From contig JAQXIX010000026.1 of NCBI GenBank assembly GCA_029008005.1, positions 3,870-67,869 on the forward strand: DNA of 64,000 nt, written 5' to 3'. This DNA is from Bacillota bacterium. Its GTDB lineage: Bacteria > Bacillota > Clostridia > Peptostreptococcales > Anaerovoracaceae. The notes beneath the pieces were generated by a model, which searched no databases, was not told where the DNA came from, and saw only the letters and a list, made by a program, of their open reading frames with translations. Position numbers and translations under genes: made by a program. Shown piece after piece: positions 34,492 to 47,907 of the stretch (position 1 is the first letter of the stretch; every line of letters starts with the position of its first letter).

Positions 34492-36855
34492 ATGACAACA
34501 TTAAGAGACTTAAAAATCGGTGAAACGGGAACGGTTGTTTCGGTAGGAGGAGAAGGGGCTTTAAGACAGCATTTTCTCGATATGGGAATAATACCGGAAG
34601 CCGATGTTAAACTTATAAAATACGCTCCTATGGGAGATCCGATGGAACTTCGAATCCACGGCTATGACCTGACGCTCAGACTGGATGACGCAGGCGAAAT
34701 CGAAATCAGAAATATCCGTACGAAATCTGATAGCGAAGTTAATACAAAAGCAACAAAAACAAAAAAAGCGGAAATAGAACACCCGGGACTGGGAGAAAAC
34801 GGAATTCGATATCATGCGAAGGCAGATGAAAATCCTTTGCCTGAAGGAGAAGTGCTCACCTTCGCTCTGGTGGGCAATCAGAACTGCGGTAAAACAACAC
34901 TGTTTAATCAGTTGACGGGATCAAATCAGCATGTGGGGAATTTCCCGGGAGTGACGGTAGATCGAAAAGACGGACAAATCATCGATTACAAGAATACGCT
35001 GGTCACAGACCTTCCGGGGATTTACTCAATGTCTCCTTATTCCAGCGAAGAACTTGTATCGAGAGAATTCATAATGGAGAGCAAGCCTCGCGGAATAATC
35101 AACATAGTTGATGCGACCAACATAGAAAGAAATCTTTATCTTACGATGCAGCTTATGGAACTGGATGTCCCGATGGTTCTGGCTCTTAACATGATGGATG
35201 AGGTTAAGAGTAACGGCGGATCTGTTCTCGTAAACGAAATGGAAGAAATACTCGGCATACCTGTAGTGCCGATTTCTGCGGCGAACAACTGGGGCATAGA
35301 CGAGCTTGTTAAACATGCCGTGCACATTGCCAAGTATCAGGAACGTCCGGGAATGCAGGATTTCTGCGGTGCAGAAGAAAAGGGCGGAGCTGTTCACAGA
35401 TGTCTGCACGGTATAATGCATCTCATTGAGGATCATGCAACAGTGGCACAGATACCTTTAAGATTTGCCGCCTCAAAGGTAGTTGAAGGTGATCCGGTCG
35501 TATTTGAAAAACTGAATCTGACCCAGAATGAAAAAGAAGCAATAGACCATCTTATAGTTCAGATGGAAAATGAGAGAGGACTGGACAGAGCCGCGGCAAT
35601 AGCAGATATGAGATTCAGCTTCATAGAAAAAGTCTGCGGTAAAACTGTAATAAAGCCAAAAGAAAGCAAAGAACATCTGAGAAGCCGCCGGTTCGATGAA
35701 GTGCTTACAGGCAAGTATACGGCGCTTCCTGCTTTCGGTTTAATAATGGCGGTAATATTCTGGCTTACTTTCAATGTCATCGGAAAAGTTCTGTCCGGAA
35801 TTCTTGATAAAGGAATTCGAAGTCTTTCGGATGTTGTATTTTCGGCAATGGATGCTGCGGGAGTAAATAAAACAGTAATGTCTCTCGTTACAGACGGGAT
35901 ATTTACGGGAGTCGGGACGGTAGTAAGCTTCTTGCCTTATATAGTTACTCTTTTCTTCTTTCTGTCGATGCTTGAGGACAGTGGCTATATGGCGAGAGTA
36001 GCATTTGTTATGGATAAGCTTTTGCGAAAAATAGGCTTATCGGGAAGAAGTATAGTGCCGATGCTTATTGGCTTCGGATGTTCTGTGCCGAGTATAATGG
36101 CAAGCAGGACACTGCCGTCTGAAAGAGACAGGAAAATGACAATTATGATGACGCCGTTTATGAGCTGTTCGGCGAAACTCCCGGTGTACGCCTTCTTCAC
36201 GGCGCTGTTTTTTCCGGAACACGGAGGTGCAGTCATGGTCGGGCTGTACTTTACGGGAATAATTGTTGGAATAATCGTGGCACTGATACTTAAAAGAACA
36301 CTTTTCAGTGGTGAGGCGGTGCCTTTTGTAATGGAGCTTCCTAATTACAGACTGCCGGGAATTAAAAATGTCGGGCGTCTTCTGTGGGATAAAGCCAGAG
36401 ATTTTCTGCAAAGGGCATTCAGCGTAATATTTATCGCGACACTTATTATCTGGATGCTTCAGACTTTTGACATTCACATGAATGTCGTAAATGATTCACA
36501 GGATAGCATTCTCGCAGTAATTTCAGGATATATAGCGCCGCTGTTTACGCCGATGGGATTTGATGACTGGAGGATTTCGACGGCACTTGTTACGGGCTTT
36601 ATAGCGAAAGAAAGCGTTGTTTCGACAATGTCTGTTCTCTTCGGCGGAACAGCAGCAATAATGGAAATCCTTACGCCTGTAAGTGCAATGGCACTGCTTG
36701 TTTTCTGTCTGCTGTACACGCCGTGTGTGGCAGCCATAGCATCGGTGCGCAGAGAACTGGGTACAGGATGGGCATTTGCAATAGTTATCGGACAGTGCGC
36801 AGTAGCATGGACGGTATCTTTTGTCATTGCAATGGCGGGAATGATTATTGTATAA
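34492..36855 (+). CDS. feoB: Ferrous iron transporter FeoB with an N-terminal FeoA domain
   Basis: FeoA part FLDMGI...APMGDP, G-domain GNQNCGKT/GNFPGVT/DLPG/NMMD, and gate motifs GFGCSVP and PFMSCSAK. Confidence 0.93.
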   Translation: MTTLRDLKIGETGTVVSVGGEGALRQHFLDMGIIPEADVKLIKYAPMGDPMELRIHGYDLTLRLDDAGEIEIRNIRTKSDSEVNTKATKTKKAEIEHPGLGENGIRYHAKADENPLPEGEVLTFALVGNQNCGKTTLFNQLTGSNQHVGNFPGVTVDRKDGQIIDYKNTLVTDLPGIYSMSPYSSEELVSREFIMESKPRGIINIVDATNIERNLYLTMQLMELDVPMVLALNMMDEVKSNGGSVLVNEMEEILGIPVVPISAANNWGIDELVKHAVHIAKYQERPGMQDFCGAEEKGGAVHRCLHGIMHLIEDHATVAQIPLRFAASKVVEGDPVVFEKLNLTQNEKEAIDHLIVQMENERGLDRAAAIADMRFSFIEKVCGKTVIKPKESKEHLRSRRFDEVLTGKYTALPAFGLIMAVIFWLTFNVIGKVLSGILDKGIRSLSDVVFSAMDAAGVNKTVMSLVTDGIFTGVGTVVSFLPYIVTLFFFLSMLEDSGYMARVAFVMDKLLRKIGLSGRSIVPMLIGFGCSVPSIMASRTLPSERDRKMTIMMTPFMSCSAKLPVYAFFTALFFPEHGGAVMVGLYFTGIIVGIIVALILKRTLFSGEAVPFVMELPNYRLPGIKNVGRLLWDKARDFLQRAFSVIFIATLIIWMLQTFDIHMNVVNDSQDSILAVISGYIAPLFTPMGFDDWRISTALVTGFIAKESVVSTMSVLFGGTAAIMEILTPVSAMALLVFCLLYTPCVAAIASVRRELGTGWAFAIVIGQCAVAWTVSFVIAMAGMIIV

Positions 36856-36911
36856 TGACATGGTGTATAATGATATGGTGAAAACCGTTGAAAACGGAGG
36901 AGGAAAACCGG

Positions 36912-37883
36912 ATGAAAGAATTTAAGATAGGACTTCTCGGACTGGGAAATATTGGGACAGGAACTTACAAAACTCTTGAAATGAACCGTGCTTCAATCGA
37001 GGCTGAGCTTGGAGCCGAAGTGAAGATTGTAAGCATTCTCGAGAAAGATACAGAAAGAGAAAGAGACATTAATGTAACGAAAGATCAGTTCGTTTCTGAT
37101 ATAGAAGATATAACCGGCAATCCGGAAATAGATATAGTAATAGAACTTCTCGGAGGAATCGAGCCGGCAAGCACGTTTATGGAAAAAGCGCTTCTGGCCG
37201 GAAAACACGTAGTTACAGCTAATAAGGCTGCTGTGGCGGCAAGCTGGGAACGTCTTCACGAAGCTGCGAAAAAAGGCGGAGCGATGTTGAAGTTCGAAGC
37301 CAGCGTAGGCGGCGGAATTCCTGTATTGACTGCGATTACGGGAGCATTAAGAGCTAACGAGTTTGAAGAAGTGATGGGTATAGTTAACGGTACGACAAAT
37401 TATATCCTTTACAATATGACGGCTAAAGGAATGGATTATGCGACAGTACTTAAGGATGCACAGGCTAAGGGCTTTGCTGAAGCAGACCCTACTGCAGATG
37501 TTGAAGGAATCGATGCCGCAAACAAGCTGAGCATTCTAATGGCTCTTATGTTTGACAAGCATGTTCACCCTACGGAGATTCCGACAAAGGGCATCAGTGA
37601 TATAACTGCAGATGACATTGCTGCGGCCGACAGGGAGGATTGCGTGATAAAGCTGATTGCACATGCAGTCAGAACAGACAATGGAATTGAATATTCCGTA
37701 GGACCTATGAATATTAAAAAATCACATCCTCTTGCAGGTGTTAACGGAGAGTTTAATGCTGTATATGTGAAGGGGAACGTTGTCGGCGAGCTTATGTTTT
37801 ACGGACCGGGAGCAGGCCCTCTGCCGACTGGAAGTGCAGTAATGGGTGATGTGATGGAAATATGTAAAGCTGTATCGAGATAG
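36912..37883 (+). CDS. hom: Homoserine dehydrogenase (no ACT domain)
   Basis: GLGNIG, VVTANK, FEASVGGGIP, NGTTNYIL, AEADPTADVEG and GPGAG motifs. Confidence 0.92.
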   Translation: MKEFKIGLLGLGNIGTGTYKTLEMNRASIEAELGAEVKIVSILEKDTERERDINVTKDQFVSDIEDITGNPEIDIVIELLGGIEPASTFMEKALLAGKHVVTANKAAVAASWERLHEAAKKGGAMLKFEASVGGGIPVLTAITGALRANEFEEVMGIVNGTTNYILYNMTAKGMDYATVLKDAQAKGFAEADPTADVEGIDAANKLSILMALMFDKHVHPTEIPTKGISDITADDIAAADREDCVIKLIAHAVRTDNGIEYSVGPMNIKKSHPLAGVNGEFNAVYVKGNVVGELMFYGPGAGPLPTGSAVMGDVMEICKAVSR

Positions 37884-37895
37884 GAGGAAAACAGT

Positions 37896-38399
37896 ATGGC
37901 ATCATTATATGAACAGTGGAAGGAACTGATTGAGAATCAGACAGAAGAGACCTTTGAAGAATTCTGGAAAGAATACAGCGAAGCCGAAACTAAAATCTAC
38001 AGTGATATTCTCGATCATCCCAATGAAAAAATGACCGGGAAGTTTGGCGAGCTTGCAGATAAGTATCAGGTTCGTCCCGTAATTTTCATGGGATTTCTTG
38101 ACGGAATAAATGAGAGCATCGTTACACCGAATGATTTCGAAAACTATGATGAGGAATCTCAGGTGGAAGTGGAGATTGTTCCGGAAACGCTTTTCTACAA
38201 TATGCTTAAGGCAGATGCGGATTATCTTTACGGACTTGCTCAGTGGGAAGATATTCTCGGAAAAGATAAAATGATTTCGATAGCCAAAGAGTACAAAAAT
38301 TCTAGGACTGTACGCAGACAGGAACCGAAAATCGGAAGAAACGATCCTTGTCCGTGCGGATCCGGCAAGAAATATAAGCACTGCTGCGGGAGAAATTAA
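37896..38399 (+). CDS. SEC-C metal-binding domain protein
   Basis: C-terminal [20 protein letters not shown]. Confidence 0.85.
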   Translation: MASLYEQWKELIENQTEETFEEFWKEYSEAETKIYSDILDHPNEKMTGKFGELADKYQVRPVIFMGFLDGINESIVTPNDFENYDEESQVEVEIVPETLFYNMLKADADYLYGLAQWEDILGKDKMISIAKEYKNSRTVRRQEPKIGRNDPCPCGSGKKYKHCCGRN

Positions 38400-38419
38400 T
38401 AAAAAATAAAGTTATGTTT

Positions 38420-38451
38420 ATCACAGGGGATTCATATCTCCTGTGATTTTT
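38420..38451 (+). terminator. Rho-independent terminator
   Basis: ATCACAGGGGA-loop-TCTCCTGTGAT-TTTT. Confidence 0.65.
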
Positions 38452-38467
38452 ATGAAAGGGATTTGCG

Positions 38468-38944
38468 ATGGCGTTACACATTGTTCTTGTGGAACCTGAA
38501 ATACCACCAAATACAGGAAATATTGCCAGAAGCTGTGCGGCAACGGGATCGGTGCTTCATCTTGTTAAACCGCTGGGCTTCAGCATCGATGATAAAAGTC
38601 TCAAAAGAGCCGGACTTGATTACTGGCCTTTTGTAAGACTGGAGGTTCATGAAAGTCTGGGCGAATTTCTCGATAAGTATGAGAGACAGGGAAGAAGAAT
38701 GTTCCTGGCCACAACCAAAGCGAAGAGAAATTACGCTCAGGTTGATTTCAGAGATGAAGATATGATACTTTTCGGCAGAGAAACAGCAGGTTTGCCGGCA
38801 GAGTTCATAAAAGAGAGGGAAGAAAATGCAATAAGAATTCCCATGGGAAAGGATACAAGGCTCCGTTCCCTTAATCTGGCGAATTCCGTAAACATTATTC
38901 TGTTTGAAGCTTTAAGACAGCTTGATTTTCCTGGGCTTAAATAA
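38468..38944 (+). CDS. trmL: tRNA (cytidine(34)-2'-O)-methyltransferase TrmL
   Basis: PEIPPNTGNI, KRAGLDYW, FGRETAGL and RSLNLAN motifs. Confidence 0.93.
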   Translation: MALHIVLVEPEIPPNTGNIARSCAATGSVLHLVKPLGFSIDDKSLKRAGLDYWPFVRLEVHESLGEFLDKYERQGRRMFLATTKAKRNYAQVDFRDEDMILFGRETAGLPAEFIKEREENAIRIPMGKDTRLRSLNLANSVNIILFEALRQLDFPGLK

Positions 38945-38981
38945 TTAACAAAAGCATTAGCATATATGATATAATTTCGGT

Positions 38982-40409
38982 ATGAAGCTTGGATATGATT
39001 TGACAATTGAACAAACGCAGAAACTGGTTATGACACCTGAACTGATTCAGGCGATTCAGATACTTCAGTTTAACACTCAGGAGCTTGAATCCTACGTTCA
39101 GGAACAGATTCTTGTCAATCCCGTGCTGGAGCAGAATCCCGAAGATGCAGGTGCACCTGAAAACGATCGTGTTCAGCATGACGATCATAAGGAAAATCAG
39201 GAACTCCAGAGGGAACTGGACTGGAAGGAATACATCAGAAACAGCCAATATGATGAAGCCGGATATCGCGATTATTCGGGAAGAAATCAGGAGGACGATG
39301 AAAACAGGGCAAGTATTTATGAAAGAGTTGTTTCAAACGATGTAACTCTTCCGGAACATCTTATGTTCCAGTTCCAGTTTGCTGCAAGAAACAACGCCTG
39401 CAGAAGAGTAGGCAAGTATATTATCGAATCCTTGGATGAGAACGGATATATGACCTCGTCTATAGGAGAAATTTCCTGTGCAACCGGAGTTTCCGAAGAT
39501 AAAGTTTCCGAAGCTCTTGAAATAATACACGGACTCGAACCGCCCGGAGTGGGAGCCAGAGATATCAGAGAATGTCTTCTGATTCAGCTGGAACACAGAA
39601 ATGAGCTTACGGATAATCTTAAGAAACTTATACTGGATCATCTGGAAGACCTGGCGGCAAACAGGCTGTCGGTTATTGCCAAGGCCGTAGGTGTATCTGT
39701 GAAAGAAGTCCAGGAAATGGCAGATGTCATCAAATGCCTCGAACCGAAGCCGGGAAGACAGTTTGCCACGGAAATGGAAACAAAATATATAATTCCGGAT
39801 GTTATAGTCGAAAAATCAGACGGTGGGTATGTTGTGACAATAAACGAAAGCAGTTCACCGCATCTGAAAGTCAGCTCCTATTACAGGAAGCTTCTGAACG
39901 ATGCCGAGTCGGATTCACAGCTTTCCGAATATCTGTCTGAACGAATAAGCTCCGCATTGTGGCTTATTAAGAGTATAGAACAGCGAAAAGAAACAATATT
40001 TAATGTTGTTACTGCTGTAGTAAAATATCAGCGTGATTTCTTCGAATACGGAAGCAAGCACCTTAAGGTTCTCACACTGAAGGATATTGCCGAAGAGGTG
40101 GGAATACATGAATCGACAGTATCTCGATCCATAAGCGGCAAATATCTCCAGTGCCCGAGAGGTGTATACGAAATAAAGTATTTCTTCTCGGCCGGAGTTT
40201 CGGATTCGAAGGGAGAAGGAATATCATCAAACAGCGTTAAAGAATTTATCAGAGAACTGATTGATGAGGAAAACCCGATGAAACCTTTAAGCGATCAGAA
40301 AATCGTTGAATTACTCGAAGAAAAGGGATTTAACATTTCGAGAAGAACTGTCGCCAAGTACAGAGATGAGATGGGTATTCTTTCATCATCAAAGAGAAGA
40401 CGGTATTAA
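38982..40409 (+). CDS. rpoN: RNA polymerase sigma-54 factor
   Basis: Gln-rich region I, HTH GIHESTVSR, and RpoN box SRRTVAKYR. Confidence 0.95.
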   Translation: MKLGYDLTIEQTQKLVMTPELIQAIQILQFNTQELESYVQEQILVNPVLEQNPEDAGAPENDRVQHDDHKENQELQRELDWKEYIRNSQYDEAGYRDYSGRNQEDDENRASIYERVVSNDVTLPEHLMFQFQFAARNNACRRVGKYIIESLDENGYMTSSIGEISCATGVSEDKVSEALEIIHGLEPPGVGARDIRECLLIQLEHRNELTDNLKKLILDHLEDLAANRLSVIAKAVGVSVKEVQEMADVIKCLEPKPGRQFATEMETKYIIPDVIVEKSDGGYVVTINESSSPHLKVSSYYRKLLNDAESDSQLSEYLSERISSALWLIKSIEQRKETIFNVVTAVVKYQRDFFEYGSKHLKVLTLKDIAEEVGIHESTVSRSISGKYLQCPRGVYEIKYFFSAGVSDSKGEGISSNSVKEFIRELIDEENPMKPLSDQKIVELLEEKGFNISRRTVAKYRDEMGILSSSKRRRY

Positions 40410-40466
40410 CTTCGAAAGAAGTCAATATATTTTTACTTTTTTTATTTTATTCAGGAGGATAGTATT

Positions 40467-41483
40467 ATGGCAATCAGAATTGGAATCAGTGGTTTTGGAA
40501 GAATCTCACGTCTTGCAATACGTTCGGCAATGGACATGCCTGAAATTGAAATCGCTGGCATCAATTATCGTAATGCAGACTTGGATTATCTGGTTTATAT
40601 GCTTAAATATGACTCGGTATTCGGACGTTTTCCAAAGGAATTGGGGAAATATGAAAACGGACTTATTATCGATGGAAAAAAAGTTCCTGTATACAGTGAA
40701 GATAAGGCCGACACAATCCCTTGGGCTGAGTGTGGCGCAGAATATATCGTTGAAGGAACCGGTGCATATAATACAACAGAAAAATGTCAGGCTCACCTTA
40801 AAGCCGGCGCCAAGAAAGTTATCATAACAGCTCCGGCAAAGGATGAAGAAACACCGACATTCGTAGTGGGAGTAAATCTGGATCAGTATACTGCTGACAT
40901 GGATGTAGTATCAAATGCATCATGTACAACAAACTGTCTGGCACCTCTCTGTAAAGTTCTCGAAGACAATTTCGGAATCGAACAGGGTCTTATGGCTACA
41001 ATACACGCAGCAACATCAAAGCAGACTGTTGTTGACAAGAGAAACATGAAGGACTGGAGAATAGGAAGATCTGTATTCGGCAGCATCATTCCTACAACAA
41101 CAGGTGCAGCAAAGGCAGTAGCAAAGGTAATTCCTTCACTTAAGGGAAAAATGACAGGATTCGCATACAGAGTACCTACAAACGATGTTTCCGTAGTAGA
41201 CCTTAATGTAATGCTCAAGAAGTCCACAACACTGGAAGAAATCAATGCAGCAGTGAAGAAAGCTTCAGAAGGTGAGCTTAAGGGAGTACTTGAATTTGTT
41301 GAAGATAAGTGTGTAACATGTGACTTCATCGGAGACACAAACACATCAATATTCGACGGAACAATGGGAATAGCTCTGAATGATAAGTTCTTCAAGCTTA
41401 TTGCATACTATGACAATGAATACGGATATGCAACCAAGGTTCTCGAGCTGATAAGACATATGTATTCAGTTGACTGCAAATAA
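40467..41483 (+). CDS. gap: Type I glyceraldehyde-3-phosphate dehydrogenase
   Basis: [25 protein letters not shown] and YDNEYGY motifs. Confidence 0.93.
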   Translation: MAIRIGISGFGRISRLAIRSAMDMPEIEIAGINYRNADLDYLVYMLKYDSVFGRFPKELGKYENGLIIDGKKVPVYSEDKADTIPWAECGAEYIVEGTGAYNTTEKCQAHLKAGAKKVIITAPAKDEETPTFVVGVNLDQYTADMDVVSNASCTTNCLAPLCKVLEDNFGIEQGLMATIHAATSKQTVVDKRNMKDWRIGRSVFGSIIPTTTGAAKAVAKVIPSLKGKMTGFAYRVPTNDVSVVDLNVMLKKSTTLEEINAAVKKASEGELKGVLEFVEDKCVTCDFIGDTNTSIFDGTMGIALNDKFFKLIAYYDNEYGYATKVLELIRHMYSVDCK

Positions 41484-41508
41484 TCGTTCTGGGAAAGGAA
41501 TTGATACA

Positions 41509-42693
41509 ATGAAAAAGACAGTTAGAGACGTAGAGGTTGCAGGTAAAAAAGTCCTCGTAAGATGTGATTTTAACGTACCTATGAAGGAAGGTGCGATTAC
41601 AGATGATTTCAGAATCGTATCTGCACTTCCGACGATAAAATATCTTGTTGAGAATAACGCATGTGTAATTCTCATGTCACATATGGGCAAGCCAAAAGGA
41701 GAACCGAAGCCGGAGCTTTCTCTGGCGCCGGTTGCCGAAAGGCTGTCAGAACTTCTCGGTAAAGAAGTTAAGTTTATTTCATCGCCTCAGGTTGTTTCGG
41801 ATGAGGTTAGAGCAGCTGCATCGGAACTGAAGCCGGGTGAGATTATGCTCCTCGAAAATACAAGATACAGAAAAGAAGAAACGAAGAGCGAAGAGCCGTT
41901 TACAGGAGAGCTTGCTTCACTGGGAGAACTTTTCGTAAACGATGCATTCGGAACAGCTCACAGAGACCACAGCTCAACAGCGGGAATTGCCAGATATCTC
42001 CCTACGGTATCGGGATTCCTTATTGAGAAGGAAGTGAAATTCCTCGGAGAAGCTGTTGAATCTCCGGAAAGACCTTTTGTGGCGATTATGGGCGGAGCCA
42101 AAGTCGGTGACAAAATACCGGTAATCGAAAACCTGATGGACAAGGTTGATACAATTATTATCGGCGGCGGAATGTCATATACGTTCTTTAAGGCTAAAGG
42201 TTATGAAATCGGCAAGTCGATTCTCGATGAAGAAAGTCTCGAACTGGCCGGAGAGCTTATGAAAAAGGCTGAAGCGGCAGGCGTCAAGATGCTGCTTCCT
42301 GTTGATACAGTATGCGCTGAAGAATTCAGCAACGACAGCAAAACCGCAATTGTTGACGCTGATGGAATTCCGGCTGATATGATGGGAATGGATATAGGCC
42401 CTAAGACAATCGAAATGTACAGAAATGAAATATCAACTGCTTCAACGGTAGTCTGGAACGGTCCTATGGGAGTATATGAAATGTCAAATTTCAGCAAAGG
42501 CACGAAGGCCGTAGCGGAAGCCATGGCTGAATGCAGCGGTGTAACCGTAATAGGCGGAGGAGATTCGGCAGCAGCAGTTGAGGAATTCGGACTCAAGGAT
42601 AAGATGACACATGTTTCAACAGGCGGTGGTGCATCGATGGAATTCCTTGAGGGAAAAGTTCTTCCGGGAATTGCCTGCATTGAAGAAAAGTGA
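41509..42693 (+). CDS. pgk: Phosphoglycerate kinase
   Basis: [22 protein letters not shown] and STGGGAS motifs. Confidence 0.96.
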   Translation: MKKTVRDVEVAGKKVLVRCDFNVPMKEGAITDDFRIVSALPTIKYLVENNACVILMSHMGKPKGEPKPELSLAPVAERLSELLGKEVKFISSPQVVSDEVRAAASELKPGEIMLLENTRYRKEETKSEEPFTGELASLGELFVNDAFGTAHRDHSSTAGIARYLPTVSGFLIEKEVKFLGEAVESPERPFVAIMGGAKVGDKIPVIENLMDKVDTIIIGGGMSYTFFKAKGYEIGKSILDEESLELAGELMKKAEAAGVKMLLPVDTVCAEEFSNDSKTAIVDADGIPADMMGMDIGPKTIEMYRNEISTASTVVWNGPMGVYEMSNFSKGTKAVAEAMAECSGVTVIGGGDSAAAVEEFGLKDKMTHVSTGGGASMEFLEGKVLPGIACIEEK

Positions 42694-42704
42694 GGTGCAG
42701 AAGT

Positions 42705-44760
<2,056 letters not shown>

Positions 44761-44822
44761 CGTTGATTTCTCAACTTCACTGTGGTAAAATATTCGAGTT
44801 AATAAACAAGGAGGTAATTTAA

Positions 44823-45053
44823 ATGGCCTTAGGTCTTAAAATTGTACTTTTAATAGCCAGTATAATACTGATTATCAGTATTCTTCTTCAGTCCAGTAAC
44901 AGTGCGGGACTGTCAGGCTCCATCGGAGGCGGAGCAGAGCAGCTTTTCGGTAAGAAGAGAAGCTCCGGTTATGATGCTATACTCAGTAAAATTGCTACAG
45001 TGACGGCAGTGCTTTTTATTGTGATATCACTTGTTCTTGTTGCTATTGAGTAA
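44823..45053 (+). CDS. secG: Preprotein translocase subunit SecG
   Basis: Two TMs and LLQ...GLSGSIGGG; conserved position after eno. Confidence 0.9.
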   Translation: MALGLKIVLLIASIILIISILLQSSNSAGLSGSIGGGAEQLFGKKRSSGYDAILSKIATVTAVLFIVISLVLVAIE

Positions 45054-45146
45054 TTTTACTGCTGATAGATTTAATAATTTGTGTTTAAAGAGGTGTCTCA
45101 CGGGGCGCCTCTTAAAAACTAACAAAATTTTGAGGAGGTATTATTA

Positions 45147-47186
45147 ATGAAAGTTATAGCTGTGATTGCTGTACTTGCAGCGATCTTAGGGCTTGTTGTT
45201 GCTCTCGTTCTTGCTACTTGGATCAAGAAGAGCTCTGAGGGTAATGACAGAATGAAGGAAATTGCCGGTTACATCAGAGAAGGTGCTTTTGCATTTCTTA
45301 AGAGAGAATACAAAGTAATGGCGATAGTAATTATCGTTCTCGCACTTCTCATTGGATTCGGTCTTCAGAGTGTTACAACTGCAATTCTTTACGTTTGCGG
45401 TGCGTTACTCTCAGTACTTGCAGGATTCTTCGGTATGAATGTTGCAACATGGGGTAATGTAAGAACAGCCAATGCAGCAAAAGAATCAGGAATGAACAAA
45501 GCACTCAAGATTGCTTTCAGATCAGGTGCCGTTATGGGTCTGGCAGTTGCCGGTCTCGGACTTTTCGGACTTGGTATGATTATTGTCTGTCTTGATCTGG
45601 CGACAGTTGTTCAGTGCGTTACAGGTTTCGGATTCGGTGCTTCATCAATGGCACTCTTCGGACGTGTAGGCGGCGGTATCTATACTAAGGCTGCTGACGT
45701 AGGCGCTGACCTTGTAGGTAAAGTTGAAGCCGGAATTCCTGAAGATGACCCTAGAAACCCTGCAGTAATCGCCGATAACGTTGGTGACAACGTAGGTGAC
45801 GTTGCTGGAATGGGTTCGGACCTTTATGAATCATATGTAGGTTCAATTATTTCAGCTATTACACTGGCAGCAGTTGCAGCAACAGCATCAGGCGGACTGT
45901 TTGATGAAGCTACTGCAGCAATGTTCCCTCTGATTATGGCTGCAGTCGGAATCGTTTCATCAGTAATAGGTATTCTCCTCGTAAGAGGCAAGGAAGGCGG
46001 AAATCCTGCTAATGCCCTGAATATGGGTACATATATTGCCAGCGGATGTGTTGTTATAGTTTCAATTATCCTTTCGAAGGTTATGCTCGGAAGCTATGCA
46101 TTTGCAGTTGCGATTATAGCCGGACTTATCGTTGGTGTGGCAATCGGTAAAATCACTGAGATTTATACATCAGAAGATTATAAATCAGTTAAGAAAATTG
46201 CAGAACAGTCACAGACAGGTTCAGCAACTACTATTATCAGCGGACTCGGCGTTGGTATGATGTCAACAGTATGGCCTATAATCTGCATTGCAGTTGGTAT
46301 CTTCGCAGCATACTACGCTACAGAAACAGTTGGCGAAGGAATGGGAATGTACGGTATTGCACTTGCTGCAGTAGGTATGCTCTCAACTACAGGTATGACT
46401 GTAGCAGTTGACGCTTACGGTCCTGTATCTGACAATGCCGGCGGAATTGCCGAAATGTCAGAACTCCCTGAAGGAGTAAGAGATATTACAGATAAGCTCG
46501 ATGCAGTTGGTAATACAACAGCTGCAATCGGTAAGGGCTTCGCAATCGGATCGGCTGCACTTACAGCACTGGCACTTTTCGCATCATATGCATCAGTAAC
46601 AGGACTGTCAGCAATCAGCCTTCTGAACCCAATCGTTATCATCGGACTGTTCATCGGAGCAATGCTTCCGTTCATGTTCTCAGCTTTCACAATGAATTCA
46701 GTTGGAAGAGCTGCTAACGAAATGATCGAAGAAGTTAGAAGACAGTTCAGAGAAGATAAGGGAATCCTCGAAGGAACTTCCAAGCCTGACTATGCTCACT
46801 GCGTTGATATTTCAACTCAGGCAGCTCTAAAGGAAATGATCGTTCCTGGTCTTATGGCTATAATTGCACCTTTGGCAATCGGTATCGTTCTCGGACCTGA
46901 AGCTCTCGGCGGAACACTGGCAGGTGCCCTCGCGTCAGGCGTTCTTATGGCTCTGATGATGGCAAATGCCGGCGGTGCATGGGATAACGCTAAGAAGTAC
47001 GTTGAAGGCGGCGTATATGGCGGTAAGGGTTCAGATACTCATAAGGCAACAGTTGTTGGCGACACAGTAGGTGACCCGTTCAAGGATACGTCAGGCCCGT
47101 CAATCAACATCTTGATTAAGCTTATGACAATCGTTTCAGTAGTATTCGCACCACTCTTCGTTACAATCGGTGGACTTATCGGATAA
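45147..47186 (+). CDS. hppA: Membrane-integral pyrophosphatase, K+-dependent and probably Na+-translocating
   Basis: [11 protein letters not shown] and DNVGDNVGD motifs, GNTTAA (K+-dependence determinant), DLYESY (Na+-PPase-type gate Glu position) and [10 protein letters not shown]. Confidence 0.93.
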   Translation: MKVIAVIAVLAAILGLVVALVLATWIKKSSEGNDRMKEIAGYIREGAFAFLKREYKVMAIVIIVLALLIGFGLQSVTTAILYVCGALLSVLAGFFGMNVATWGNVRTANAAKESGMNKALKIAFRSGAVMGLAVAGLGLFGLGMIIVCLDLATVVQCVTGFGFGASSMALFGRVGGGIYTKAADVGADLVGKVEAGIPEDDPRNPAVIADNVGDNVGDVAGMGSDLYESYVGSIISAITLAAVAATASGGLFDEATAAMFPLIMAAVGIVSSVIGILLVRGKEGGNPANALNMGTYIASGCVVIVSIILSKVMLGSYAFAVAIIAGLIVGVAIGKITEIYTSEDYKSVKKIAEQSQTGSATTIISGLGVGMMSTVWPIICIAVGIFAAYYATETVGEGMGMYGIALAAVGMLSTTGMTVAVDAYGPVSDNAGGIAEMSELPEGVRDITDKLDAVGNTTAAIGKGFAIGSAALTALALFASYASVTGLSAISLLNPIVIIGLFIGAMLPFMFSAFTMNSVGRAANEMIEEVRRQFREDKGILEGTSKPDYAHCVDISTQAALKEMIVPGLMAIIAPLAIGIVLGPEALGGTLAGALASGVLMALMMANAGGAWDNAKKYVEGGVYGGKGSDTHKATVVGDTVGDPFKDTSGPSINILIKLMTIVSVVFAPLFVTIGGLIG

Positions 47187-47204
47187 TCTGAAAATAAAAT
47201 AATT

Positions 47205-47243
47205 AAGCTGTCACGCTAAGAGATTAGTGTGACAGCTTTTTTT
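47205..47243. terminator. Rho-independent terminator between hppA and the convergent thiN
   Basis: AAGCTGTCACGCTAA-GAGA-TTAGTGTGACAGCTT followed by a T-run. Confidence 0.8.
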
Positions 47244-47249
47244 ATATAT

Positions 47250-47873
47250 CTAGTTCAGTATTTTAATGAGAAGCAGTTTACCTTCTCCTATGGATACTTT
47301 TGCTGTTTTACCGGGAAGGACTTCATTGCTGACGCCATACTGGTAATCGCTTGTTATTTCACCGTCGTTTAGGGGGTATTTGGCGTTTTCGATTTTTATG
47401 GATTTTGCAGTTCCCGTAATGTTAATAAGAGAAAAAAACGAATATGAATCGTTTATATATGCAGTTTTGTCCGATACTATCTCCATTTCTGAGTAATCGT
47501 CTATTATTGTGCCCTTCTTTCCTGCATTGTCGAGCATGAGCAGGATTGAAACATTGGCAAGGGTGTGGTCAAGTCTTGCTCCGACAACGCCAATAAGAAG
47601 AAAGTCATCGTAACCTCGCTTTAGGGCCTCCTTAACGGCAAACACCGTGTCAGTATCGTCTTTTTCACAGGGAAGTACAATCGTTTCAATATCAAGAAGG
47701 GGATTTTCATGTGAATCGAAATCACCGACAATGAGGCCGGGACTAACCGATAGAGATTCCATGTGTTTAAGTCCGCTGTCACAGTAAATTAAGAAATCAT
47801 CAGATCGCAAGAGATTTTTAATATACTCATAATTATTAATGTCGGCACCACCGACAATTACGCATCTTTTCAT
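47250..47873 (-). CDS. thiN: Thiamine pyrophosphokinase
   Basis: CDSG, GDFDS, EKDDTD, GARLDH and YGVSNE motifs. Confidence 0.92.
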   Translation of the reverse strand: MKRCVIVGGADINNYEYIKNLLRSDDFLIYCDSGLKHMESLSVSPGLIVGDFDSHENPLLDIETIVLPCEKDDTDTVFAVKEALKRGYDDFLLIGVVGARLDHTLANVSILLMLDNAGKKGTIIDDYSEMEIVSDKTAYINDSYSFFSLINITGTAKSIKIENAKYPLNDGEITSDYQYGVSNEVLPGKTAKVSIGEGKLLLIKILN

Positions 47874-47907
47874 AATGTTGCTTCCTGTTTTAAATTGATC
47901 AGAATGA

